Part shown: in pieces, positions 37,178-46,026 of the stretch
Layout of the letters: the number at the start of each line of letters is the position of its first letter
How positions within the stretch are numbered: the first letter of the stretch is position 1
Assembly: GCA_964507275.1 (NCBI GenBank)
Contig: CAZDPG010000001.1
Location: 340,577-404,576 of the forward strand
DNA length: 64,000 nucleotides
Direction: 5' to 3'
DNA from: an uncultured Candidatus Saccharibacteria bacterium
GTDB taxonomy: Bacteria; Patescibacteriota; Minisyncoccia; Phycocordibacterales; Phycocordibacteraceae
Notes under the pieces: model-generated
Databases searched by the model: none
Told to the model about the DNA's origin: nothing
Seen by the model: the letters and a program-made list of their open reading frames with translations, nothing else
Program-made: the position numbers and the translations under genes

Positions 37178-38037
37178 CACACGACCAGCATCTCACGACC
37201 CTCCCCTGGAGCGACTACGAGCTCCTTGATTCGGGTGAGAACATGAAGCTGGAGCGCTTCGGTTCAATCATCATTGCGCGCCCTGAGACACAAGCGCTCT
37301 GGAAGAAACAGAGACCTGAACTCTGGGAGACGGCACATGCCGTGTTTGCCTTTCGTGATAAGCGCGGTACGTGGGACACGAAAGCATCGGTACCGGAATC
37401 ATGGGAGGTCTCCTGGGGCGACACACGCTTCTCTGCACAACTCACCGGATTCAAGCACACAGGCATCTTCCCCGAGCAGGCTCCGAATTGGGAATGGCTA
37501 AAGGAACAGACCAAGAAATTAGAGCAACCAAAAGTCTTGAACTTGTTCGGCTACACCGGCATCGCCTCGGTCGTCGCGGCACAGGCGGATGCTTTCGTGA
37601 CTCATGTCGACGCTTCGAAACAGTCGCTTGATTGGGCGCATGCGAATGCGCGTCGCTCGGGCGTGGGCGAAGATAGGATCCGCTGGGTGCTCGACGACGC
37701 ACTCGCATTCGTGAAGCGCGAAGCACGCCGCGGGGCCCTCTATGATGGCATCATCCTCGACCCTCCAGCATTCGGACGCGGTGCCAAAGGCGAGGTATGG
37801 AAGATCGAAGAGAATCTTCCTGAGCTTCTCGAGGCGCTCAAAAGCATCTTCTCCGACAAGCCCGGCTCCTTCTTCCTCTTAAACGGCTATGCCGCTGGCT
37901 ATGCCCCTCTCTCGTTTGCACAAGCAGTTGAGAGCACCTTCGGTGCAACAAACGGCGACTGCGGTGAACTTTTCATACAAGAATCCTCCTCCCTGCGCGT
38001 CATCCCCGCCGGCATCTACGTCCGCTTTGTGCGGTAG
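37174..38037 (+). CDS. Class I SAM-dependent (probably RNA) methyltransferase, RlmI/RlmK-like
   Basis: YELLDSG...KLERFG, KHTGIFPEQ, LNLFGYTG, LDPP.F. Confidence 0.85.
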   Translation: MTHDQHLTTLPWSDYELLDSGENMKLERFGSIIIARPETQALWKKQRPELWETAHAVFAFRDKRGTWDTKASVPESWEVSWGDTRFSAQLTGFKHTGIFPEQAPNWEWLKEQTKKLEQPKVLNLFGYTGIASVVAAQADAFVTHVDASKQSLDWAHANARRSGVGEDRIRWVLDDALAFVKREARRGALYDGIILDPPAFGRGAKGEVWKIEENLPELLEALKSIFSDKPGSFFLLNGYAAGYAPLSFAQAVESTFGATNGDCGELFIQESSSLRVIPAGIYVRFVR

Positions 38038-38046
38038 ACTACCTCT

Positions 38047-38901
38047 ATGCCCCATAACAAACAGATTGTCGTCATCTACCATAAACGCTGCGAAGACGGA
38101 TTCGGTGCGGCATATGCGGCATGGAAGAAGTTCGGCGATACCGCCGAATACCTTCCTGCCGGCTATGGCGATAACCTGCCTGAAGGACTTGAGGGGAAAG
38201 AGGTCTATATCCTCGACTTCTGCTACGAAATGGAGGGTGCGATGGACCGACTCGCAACAATCACGAAGAAACTCGTCGTACTCGATCATCATGCCAGCTC
38301 TCGCGGAATTGTAGAGAGCACACCGAATCATGTCTATGATGCCACTCGTTCCGGGGCGACCATCGCCTGGACATACTTCCACCCCAACACACCGATGCCC
38401 CGCCTCATGCGCCATCTCGAAGATGGCGATCTCTATCGTTTCGCCCTTCCCGAAACCGCTGATATTTTCTCCTACCTCGTCGTACAGCCCTATGACTTCA
38501 CCGTATGGGACGATATGGTTCACCGACTCGAAGATGATAATGGACGCCAGGAGATACTCACGAAAGCATCCATCTATACAGAATATTTCGAAAAGATGAG
38601 TCACCTCTGCATTGAAGCAGCGAAGAAAGTCCATTTCGAAGGATACGAATGCTATTTCGCCACGACACTGCCCTCGATAACCATGCGCTCGTATGTCTGC
38701 CATCAACTCTATAAGAAACTTCCGCCCATCGCGATCGTCGTCACGGCACATCCTGACGGCTTTGGCGTCTCTATCCGGAGCGATGGTTCTGTCGATGTAT
38801 CGAAGATAGCTGAAAAATACGGCGGCGGCGGACATCCTGGCTCTTCAGGATTCTTTATTCCGAACGGTACCCACATGCCGTGGGTAGAACTCGACGACTA
38901 G
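38047..38901 (+). CDS. DHH/DHHA1 phosphoesterase (nanoRNase NrnB-like)
   Basis: YH..C.DG, LDF, LDHH, SIRS, GGGGH...SGF. Confidence 0.85.
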   Translation: MPHNKQIVVIYHKRCEDGFGAAYAAWKKFGDTAEYLPAGYGDNLPEGLEGKEVYILDFCYEMEGAMDRLATITKKLVVLDHHASSRGIVESTPNHVYDATRSGATIAWTYFHPNTPMPRLMRHLEDGDLYRFALPETADIFSYLVVQPYDFTVWDDMVHRLEDDNGRQEILTKASIYTEYFEKMSHLCIEAAKKVHFEGYECYFATTLPSITMRSYVCHQLYKKLPPIAIVVTAHPDGFGVSIRSDGSVDVSKIAEKYGGGGHPGSSGFFIPNGTHMPWVELDD

Positions 38902-39452
38902 CGCGTGAAGAGCGCTCCGCGATAGAACGCGAGCTCAGAGATAGACGCGAGAATGTCGTCCTTTGCGCGATGAGCGCTCTCTCCTTTCCTGCTGCGTGCC
39001 TTCTCATAGAGCGCTGGTGCCCAGCGACGCGCGAGCTCCTTAAGAGAAGACACGTCGACACAGCGATAAAAGAGATACTGCTCCACACGCGGCATCTGTA
39101 GCCGCAGGAAGTGTCGATCGACATGAATCGAATTGCCACACAGTGGCGCAGAATTCAGCGTGACGTGTTCCTTGAGGAACGCGAGTACCTGGTCCTCGGC
39201 TTCGGTGAGTGAGACCGTACTTACGGCAACGAGCGGCATAAGGCCGTTTTTTTCATGCAGTTCCCGTGCCGAAGCTGGGGCGGCATCAAAAAGCCGCTCG
39301 TCGGCATGAATGATGATGTCGGGACCCTCCGCGACAATATTTAAGTCTTTATCCGTCAAAATGACGGCTATTTCGATAATCTGATCCACCTGGGCGTCGA
39401 CCACTGAGGTCATTTCGAGGTCCATCCAGACCATAAGGTCGTCGCGTTGCAT
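38898..39452 (-). CDS. orn: Oligoribonuclease
   Basis: VWMDLEMT, IIEIA..LTD, PLCGNSI..DR.FL, DVSSLKELARRW, HRA.DDI..SI.EL. Confidence 0.93.
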   Translation of the reverse strand: MQRDDLMVWMDLEMTSVVDAQVDQIIEIAVILTDKDLNIVAEGPDIIIHADERLFDAAPASARELHEKNGLMPLVAVSTVSLTEAEDQVLAFLKEHVTLNSAPLCGNSIHVDRHFLRLQMPRVEQYLFYRCVDVSSLKELARRWAPALYEKARSRKGESAHRAKDDILASISELAFYRGALFTR

Positions 39453-39473
39453 ACGGGGTATACTACCACCACC

Positions 39474-40652
39474 ATGAAGATCCTCGCCATCGAGACCTCC
39501 TGCGACGAGACAGCTATCGCCATCCTTGAGGCTAAAGGGGATGAGCAGAGCGCGCGGTTCCGTGTACTCGGCAACGCGCTCATTTCGCAGATAGATATCC
39601 ATAAAGAGTATGGCGGCGTCTTCCCTGCGCTCGCTAAGCGCGAACATGCGAAAAACCTCGTCCCGATACTCGAAGCCGCACTCGAGGAAGCCGAACTCCT
39701 CGTCGAGGACAGACGAGCGATACCCGAAGAAAAGCAAAACAAGATCGCTGATATGCTCTCGCGCGAGCCCGGTCTTACTGAATCTTTTCTCGAATTCGTT
39801 TCTGAGTGCGAAACGCCGGACATCGATGCGATTGCCGTCACGGCTGGTCCCGGCCTCGAACCGGCACTCTGGGTGGGGATTAATTTTGCGAAGGCCCTCG
39901 CCCTCCTCTGGGACAAACCTGTCGTTGCCGTAAATCATATGGAGGGACATATCATGGCGGCGCTTGCAAAGACGAGCGGCGACTCACTCCATATCGAACA
40001 GGTCGGCATGCCGGTACTCGCACTCCTCATCTCAGGCGGGCACACTGAACTTGTCTTGATGAAAGAGTGGCTCGAGTATGAACTCGTCGGACAGACGCTT
40101 GATGATGCGGTCGGCGAAGCGTTCGATAAAGTCGCGCGCATGCTCTCGCTCCCCTATCCTGGCGGTCCTGAAATCTCGCGCCTCGCCGAACTCGTACGCG
40201 AGAATCCATCGCAAGAAACCACCCCAGCCTATGTCCTGCCGCGTCCAATGATTAACGACGCGACCTGCAACTTCTCATTCTCAGGACTGAAGACAGCTGT
40301 GCTCTACCTCCTGAAGAAGAACCCGGAAATAACCGAGCACGAAAAAAAACACCTTGCGCACGAATTCGAAAATGCCGTCACGGAGGTGCTTTGGAAGAAA
40401 ACGGCACGCGCTCTCGACGAGACTGGAGCCCAAGCGCTCGCCTTGGGTGGCGGCGTTTCAGCGAATACACACATTCGCCGCACTTTCGCCGCGAACATGA
40501 AGAATGAGTACCCGAATGTCGCACTCCGCATCCCTGCAAGTTCGCTCACGACCGATAATGCCATCATGATTGCGATGGCTGGCTTCTACCGTGTACGGCG
40601 CGAAGAATCCCCGAACGATATTATCGCAAACGGGAATCGTTCGCTCGCCTAG
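39474..40652 (+). CDS. tsaD: tRNA t6A37 threonylcarbamoyltransferase
   Basis: ILAIETSCDET, HMEGH, SGGHT, GEAFDK, DNA.MIA. Confidence 0.96.
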   Translation: MKILAIETSCDETAIAILEAKGDEQSARFRVLGNALISQIDIHKEYGGVFPALAKREHAKNLVPILEAALEEAELLVEDRRAIPEEKQNKIADMLSREPGLTESFLEFVSECETPDIDAIAVTAGPGLEPALWVGINFAKALALLWDKPVVAVNHMEGHIMAALAKTSGDSLHIEQVGMPVLALLISGGHTELVLMKEWLEYELVGQTLDDAVGEAFDKVARMLSLPYPGGPEISRLAELVRENPSQETTPAYVLPRPMINDATCNFSFSGLKTAVLYLLKKNPEITEHEKKHLAHEFENAVTEVLWKKTARALDETGAQALALGGGVSANTHIRRTFAANMKNEYPNVALRIPASSLTTDNAIMIAMAGFYRVRREESPNDIIANGNRSLA

Positions 40653-40677
40653 CCCTTATTTGCTATATTTCTAGGCA

Positions 40678-42819
40678 ATGGATCCTAAATTCCTGAAGCC
40701 GTACGACGCGTCGGCGACCGAAGGGCGTATCTATGCCGAGTGGGAGAAGAGTGGACTCTTCAATCCCGATGAATGCATCGCCCAGGGTACGACCGAGGCC
40801 GACGCTCCGGCCTACTCGATCATCCTTCCCCCGCCGAACGTCACCGGCCGCCTCCACATGGGCCATGCGCTCATGCTCGCGATTGAAGATGTCATCGTCC
40901 GCTATAAGCGCATGCGCGGGTTCCGTACCCTCTGGCTCCCAGGCACCGACCACGCGGCTATCGCGACACAATCGGTCGTCGAGAAGCAGATCAAGAAAGA
41001 AGAAGGCAAGAGCCGTCACGACCTCGGACGCGAAGAACTCTTGAAGCGCATCGAGGCATTCGCTACAGCGAGCCACGACACCATTCTAGGACAACTGAAG
41101 ACGATGGGTGCTTCGCTCGACTGGTCGCGCGAAGCGTTCACACTTGATGAGACGCGCAGTCGCGCCGTACGCACGGTCTTCAAGAAGATGTACGATGCCG
41201 GACTCATCTATCGCGGCCATCGCATCGTCAACTGGGATCCGAAGGGTCAGACAACGATTTCTGATGACGAGATTGTCTACGAGGAAGAAAAGACGACGTT
41301 CTATTACTTCAAATACGGCCCGTTTACCATCGGCACAGCGCGTCCGGAAACAAAGTTCGGCGACAAGTATGTCGTCATGCACCCGGACGATCCACGTTAT
41401 GCGCAGTGGGAAGACGGACAAACGTTCGAGACCGAATGGATAAACGGCCCTATCACCGCGACCGTCATCAAAGACGATTCTATCGACATGACGTTCGGTA
41501 CCGGTGTCATGACTATCACTCCGTGGCACAGCACTGCGGACTTCGAAATCGCAGAACGGCATGGACTCGATAAAGAGCAGGTCATAAACGAATATGGAAA
41601 GCTCCTCCCTATCGCCGGAGAATTCGCAGGGATGAAGATCGCCGAGGCACGGCCGAAAATTGTTGAGAAATTGCGCGCAAAAGGATTGGTCGCGAAAGAA
41701 GAACCGTATGTCCACAATATCTCAACTGCCGAACGCACCGGCGGTATCATCGAACCGCAGATCAAACTGCAGTGGTTCGTCGATGTGAATAAGGAAGTCT
41801 CTGGCCGCGGGAAAACGCTCAAAGAGCTCATGCTCGACTCGGTGCGCTCCGGTGCTATAACAATTATCCCCGAGCACTTCGAGAAGACCTACTTCCACTG
41901 GATAGAGAATCTGCGTGACTGGTGCATCAGTCGGCAGATCTGGTACGGACATCGCATCCCGGTATGGTACAAGGGCGAGGAAGTCGCTGTCGGAGAAGCC
42001 CCTACCGGCGACGGATGGGTGCAGGACGAAGATACGCTTGATACCTGGTTCTCGTCCGGTCTCTGGACCTTCTCTACACTCGGCTGGCCCGAAGACACGA
42101 AAGACAAGCAGACGTATCATCCGACTGACCTCATCGAGACTGGGTACGATATCCTCTTCTTCTGGATCGCCCGTATGATACTTATGACCGAATTCACACT
42201 CGGTACGATTCCTTTCAAGACCGTCTACCTCCATGGCCTCGTGCGTGATGCACAGGGGCGCAAGATGAGTAAATCGCTCGGCAACAATCTCGATCCCCTA
42301 GATATCGCGGCGAAGTTCGGTGCCGACGCCGCACGCATGGCACTCATCGTCGGCAATACGCCCGGCACCGATATGCGCATGAGTGAAGACAAGATCAAAG
42401 GCTATAAGCACTTCGCGAACAAGCTCTGGAATATCGCGCGCTTCGTGTTTGATAATACAAAAGATGCTGACCTCTCGGCAGCACTCACCGCCGGCGATGA
42501 AGAACTCCTCTCTGCATATGGAACGCTTGCGCAGGAGATTACAGCCGATATCGAAGAATATCGCATCTATCTCGCTGCAGAGAAGGCCTATCACTATGCG
42601 TGGCATGAGCTTGCCGATAAGATTCTAGAGGAATCAAAACCAATCCTCGCGGGCGGCGATCCTGCTGCGAGAGCTTCGCGACAGAGACTTCTCATCACAC
42701 TCCTCGACCGTACGCTCCGCATCCTCCACCCGTTCATGCCGTTCGTCACCGAAGAAATATACCAATCCATGCCGACCAAAGATGCGAAATTCCTCATGGT
42801 CGCGAAATGGCCGTCCTGA
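40678..42819 (+). CDS. valS: Valine--tRNA ligase (short form)
   Basis: PPPNVTG.LHMGH, DWCISRQ, DTWFSS, KMSKS. Confidence 0.96.
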   Translation: MDPKFLKPYDASATEGRIYAEWEKSGLFNPDECIAQGTTEADAPAYSIILPPPNVTGRLHMGHALMLAIEDVIVRYKRMRGFRTLWLPGTDHAAIATQSVVEKQIKKEEGKSRHDLGREELLKRIEAFATASHDTILGQLKTMGASLDWSREAFTLDETRSRAVRTVFKKMYDAGLIYRGHRIVNWDPKGQTTISDDEIVYEEEKTTFYYFKYGPFTIGTARPETKFGDKYVVMHPDDPRYAQWEDGQTFETEWINGPITATVIKDDSIDMTFGTGVMTITPWHSTADFEIAERHGLDKEQVINEYGKLLPIAGEFAGMKIAEARPKIVEKLRAKGLVAKEEPYVHNISTAERTGGIIEPQIKLQWFVDVNKEVSGRGKTLKELMLDSVRSGAITIIPEHFEKTYFHWIENLRDWCISRQIWYGHRIPVWYKGEEVAVGEAPTGDGWVQDEDTLDTWFSSGLWTFSTLGWPEDTKDKQTYHPTDLIETGYDILFFWIARMILMTEFTLGTIPFKTVYLHGLVRDAQGRKMSKSLGNNLDPLDIAAKFGADAARMALIVGNTPGTDMRMSEDKIKGYKHFANKLWNIARFVFDNTKDADLSAALTAGDEELLSAYGTLAQEITADIEEYRIYLAAEKAYHYAWHELADKILEESKPILAGGDPAARASRQRLLITLLDRTLRILHPFMPFVTEEIYQSMPTKDAKFLMVAKWPS

Positions 42820-42837
42820 GTGCGGTAGAATAAGCGA

Positions 42838-43548
42838 GTGACTCTCACGACGCTCGGCTACGCATTCATCGGCGGTCTCTTACCGTCTTTCATCTGGCTT
42901 TATTTCCTCTTGAAAGAGGATTCTCGCTGTCCTGAACCGCGTACGATCATAGCGATTGCGTTTATCGCTGGAATGGCGGCCGTACCACTTGCAATACCAT
43001 TCGAGCATTTTGTGAAAATATCCCTCGGAAGCGACCTTTCCGTCCTCACGGCATGGGCAATTATCGAAGAGGTTCTCAAATACGTCATGGCGGCCGCATT
43101 CATCCTCTGGCGGCCGGCCGTCGATGAGACGCCCGATTATGTAATCTATATGATCACCGTAGCGCTCGGCTTCGCAGCGGCAGAAAACATGCTTTTCCTG
43201 CTTGCGCCGCTTGCTGACGGACAAATTGCCTCAAGTATATACACCGGCGACGTGCGCTTCCTCGGTTCGACACTGCTTCACGTCCTCGCCTCGGCATCAA
43301 TCGGATTCATGCTCGCGTTCTCTCATGAAAGCCATCCTGTCGTCCGCATAGCCGCCGGAGCGGGCGGACTTATCCTCGCAGGAGCATTGCACACAAGCTT
43401 CAACGCGCTTATCATTACTCAAGGTACTTCGACCACGCTTTCTGCGGTCTTCCTCGTTTGGACAGCCGCTGTGATTTTCTTTGCGGCTTTTGAAGTACTC
43501 AAGTATTTCCAATATCGTAATTTCCCATTAACATCCCCCCGACCATGA
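42838..43548 (+). CDS. PrsW family intramembrane protease
   Basis: EP, IEE..K, GFA..EN, H..FN motifs; multiple TM segments. Confidence 0.88.
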   Translation: MTLTTLGYAFIGGLLPSFIWLYFLLKEDSRCPEPRTIIAIAFIAGMAAVPLAIPFEHFVKISLGSDLSVLTAWAIIEEVLKYVMAAAFILWRPAVDETPDYVIYMITVALGFAAAENMLFLLAPLADGQIASSIYTGDVRFLGSTLLHVLASASIGFMLAFSHESHPVVRIAAGAGGLILAGALHTSFNALIITQGTSTTLSAVFLVWTAAVIFFAAFEVLKYFQYRNFPLTSPRP

Positions 43549-44036
43549 CTAAGAAGCGATCGTTCTTTGAACGCCTTTCTGGTAACACCTCGATTGAAGA
43601 CTCTTTTGACTCCTTCGACGATGAACTCCCCACAGCGGTAACTCCTACGCGCACCGAAACCTCTGCCTCTCGACCGGCACCGCTCAATGACGAACCATCG
43701 GTGGGCGACGGACAGCTCCCGGTCGATGTCCATCAGACCGCTGAGGACATCATCATTCGCGCCTTCGTCGCTGGCGTACGTCCTGACGAACTCAATATTT
43801 CTATAAGTCGTGATATGGTCGAAATTGAAGGAAACCGCACCGAACGCGAAGAAGTCTCCGGTCCTGACTATTTCACTCGAGAGCTTTTCTGGGGATCATT
43901 CTCCCGCACTATCCTCCTCCCTCAGGAAGTCGACGTCGAGGCCTCCTCAGCAAGTGCTAAGGATGGACTGCTCACGCTCATACTTCCGAAACTCGATAAG
44001 GCAAAACAGACGAAATTACGCGTAAAGGCGGGCTAA
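43545..44036 (+). CDS. Hsp20/alpha-crystallin small heat shock protein
   Basis: VDV......I.A..AG, WGSFSRTI.LP, A...DGLL...LPK. Confidence 0.9.
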   Translation: MTKKRSFFERLSGNTSIEDSFDSFDDELPTAVTPTRTETSASRPAPLNDEPSVGDGQLPVDVHQTAEDIIIRAFVAGVRPDELNISISRDMVEIEGNRTEREEVSGPDYFTRELFWGSFSRTILLPQEVDVEASSASAKDGLLTLILPKLDKAKQTKLRVKAG

Positions 44037-44051
44037 CACTTTCAACTTCAC

Positions 44052-44101
44052 AAACAGAAAACAGCGGAGTGGCCTTGCTGCCACTCCGCTGTTTTCTGTT
44101 T
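44052..44101. terminator. Bidirectional intrinsic terminator
   Basis: AAACAGAAAACAGCGGAGTGGC / GCCACTCCGCTGTTTTCTGTTT, 22-bp inverted repeat. Confidence 0.82.
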
Positions 44102-44103
44102 CT

Positions 44104-44179
44104 TGGTGCTTGGACCCGGGCTCGAACCGGGGACCCCTTCCTCTTCAGGGAAGTGCTCTACCAACTGAGCTATCCAAGC
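44104..44179 (-). tRNA. tRNA-Phe(GAA), CCA encoded
   Basis: GCTTGGA/TCCAAGC acceptor stem, CTTCC-CTGAAGA-GGAAG anticodon arm. Confidence 0.93.
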
Positions 44180-44189
44180 GTCACGGATG

Positions 44190-44474
44190 CTATGGCACCG
44201 CTTTGAAAGAGTTTATCAGCTTTTGTAGCTCAACGGAAGTCGGGAAACCAAATGGTCCCGAGGTCGTGGTTCCGGACGTTGCAGAGAACTTTTCGACAAA
44301 TGGCTGGAGATACTGCTGATACAGATAGAGCGGGAGAGCGAGCACGATAGCCCAGACGATAATCCTGCCAAAGAAACCGAGCCACTGGTCGCGGCGGATA
44401 GCACGGAGCATGCGGTTATTCTCTCGTGCAAGCACGTGCGTCTCCTCAAGCAACCGTTTCAATTCTGGATCCAT
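44190..44474 (-). CDS. Hypothetical single-TM protein
   Basis: Helical N-terminus plus TM segment; TATACT upstream. Confidence 0.7.
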   Translation of the reverse strand: MDPELKRLLEETHVLARENNRMLRAIRRDQWLGFFGRIIVWAIVLALPLYLYQQYLQPFVEKFSATSGTTTSGPFGFPTSVELQKLINSFKAVP

Positions 44475-44500
44475 GTCCTCATAAGTATACCGTATAAATG

Positions 44501-44572
44501 TGCCCCCGGCAGGAATCGGACCTGCATCAGCCCATTAGGAGCGGGCCGTTCTATCCATTGAACTACAGGGGC
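44501..44572 (-). tRNA. tRNA-Arg(CCT)
   Basis: GCCCCTG/CGGGGGC acceptor stem, GCCCG-CTCCTAA-TGGGC anticodon arm. Confidence 0.9.
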
Positions 44573-44588
44573 TGTGCGAAAAGCCTAA

Positions 44589-44626
44589 CACGAAACGCGC
44601 CCCACGAAAGTGGAGCGCGTTTCGTG
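44589..44626. terminator. Hairpin downstream of the glutaredoxin gene
   Basis: CACGAAACGCGC.CCAC-gaaa-GTGG.GCGCGTTTCGTG. Confidence 0.6.
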
Positions 44627-44632
44627 CGAACG

Positions 44633-44875
44633 CTACGCGGCAATACCGAGTGTCGAGGCGAGCCGCTCCTGGTCGAAACCGATAATCATCTCGTCGCCGA
44701 CGAATATCACCGGTACGCCCATCTGTCCGGACCTCTGAATCATCTCCTGGCGTTTCTCAAGATCGCTCGCCACATTGTGTTCCGTGTAACCAATTCCCTT
44801 CTCTTTAAGGAACTCTTTGGCCATCTGACAGAAGTGACACGTCGGTGTGCTGTAAATAGTTACATTTTTATCCAT
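44633..44875 (-). CDS. Glutaredoxin (NrdH/YruB-like)
   Basis: YSTPTCHFC, GQMGVPV, IIGFD. Confidence 0.9.
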   Translation of the reverse strand: MDKNVTIYSTPTCHFCQMAKEFLKEKGIGYTEHNVASDLEKRQEMIQRSGQMGVPVIFVGDEMIIGFDQERLASTLGIAA

Positions 44876-45007
44876 ATTCGTAGGTGTTATAGAGCGAGTA
44901 TATCACGTGCCTCAAAAAGTGGTTTCCGTGGATAAATGCTTGCGAAACATTCGTCCTGTGTCTTTATAACAAAGAGGACTCGTCATGATGACCGAGTCCT
45001 CGACGTT

Positions 45008-45538
45008 TCAATTCCGCCCTTCCTTCTTCACTGCGACGATCAGATAATACGCTTTCAGCTTCGTCGCGGCGGGATAAAAAGGAATGAATTCCGTCACACC
45101 GCCCTCGCGCACAAGAAGACGGTATTCCCGAAACTTCTCATCACGAATGGCTGTCCCCAAATGGAACACGGGGTATGCCCTCGTACCCTGATGCATGAGC
45201 GTGACCAGGTACGACGCGCTTTCGCTCATGCTCGCGGGATAATATCCCTGTTCATCAAGAGCTTTTCGAAAGTCAGGGATGAGCATCTCTTTTCCGAGCG
45301 ACACGAGCGCAAGTGTCTTCTCGTATCCTTCCGCACCTTCATAGTCTCGCCAGAGCGGTTCGTGCAAGATGTTCAGAAGAGCGAGACCCTCCTCACTCCG
45401 CCGGTCCAAGCGCATCGTACTCAGAATGAATGAGGGGAGGTCATGAAGATGATGCTTCCCTTGGGTAAGCGCGAGTGCGTGAGCGATAGTGGGATGGCGG
45501 GTAACGCTGATACCATCTATCTCATGTTCAATGTTCAC
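45008..45538 (-). CDS. Hypothetical protein
   Basis: GTG start with AAGGA upstream; hairpin at 44974-45001 downstream. Confidence 0.55.
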   Translation of the reverse strand: MNIEHEIDGISVTRHPTIAHALALTQGKHHLHDLPSFILSTMRLDRRSEEGLALLNILHEPLWRDYEGAEGYEKTLALVSLGKEMLIPDFRKALDEQGYYPASMSESASYLVTLMHQGTRAYPVFHLGTAIRDEKFREYRLLVREGGVTEFIPFYPAATKLKAYYLIVAVKKEGRN

Positions 45539-45594
45539 GAAAGATTCCTTTCACAAGTACAAATCAGCCCACATTATGCCATAAAAACTCTTTG

Positions 45595-45665
45595 TGCGGG
45601 TACCGGGAATCGAACCCGGGTCTCAACCTTGGGAAGGTCGCATTCTGCCACTAAACCATACCCGC
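45595..45665 (-). tRNA. tRNA-Gly(CCC)
   Basis: GCGGGTA/TACCCGC acceptor stem, CGACC-TTCCCAA-GGTTG anticodon arm. Confidence 0.92.
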
Positions 45666-46010
45666 TTATTCAGAGAACCAACTCAGCACCTTCTCCCACC
45701 ACGATTGAGTCGAGGTCGATACCGGTGCTGATGGTGGTACTACTACGATAACCTCTTCTCCAGGCCGCGCAACCCCGAAGGCCGTCCTGATAGCGGCATC
45801 CCGCCCGCGCTCGGTCGCAAGAGCTTCGAGATTCGCTGTCAGCGCGATTTTACGGTCTTCAAATGACCGATACTGTTGCTCCACTTCCCTTGCTTGGGAA
45901 ATGGCCACATGGGCCTTCCCGGCCAATCCCCAGATGAGCGAAAGCAACCAGAAAGAGACGAGGAGGAGGATGCCGACGAGAATGCCCTTCTGCCATTGAT
46001 TCGTGTGCAT
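45666..46010 (-). CDS. FtsB/DivIC-like septum formation initiator
   Basis: TM segment, coiled coil, then R..FG.ARPGEEVI. Confidence 0.72.
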   Translation of the reverse strand: MHTNQWQKGILVGILLLVSFWLLSLIWGLAGKAHVAISQAREVEQQYRSFEDRKIALTANLEALATERGRDAAIRTAFGVARPGEEVIVVVPPSAPVSTSTQSWWEKVLSWFSE

Positions 46011-46026
46011 AGGGGCAGTATACGAT

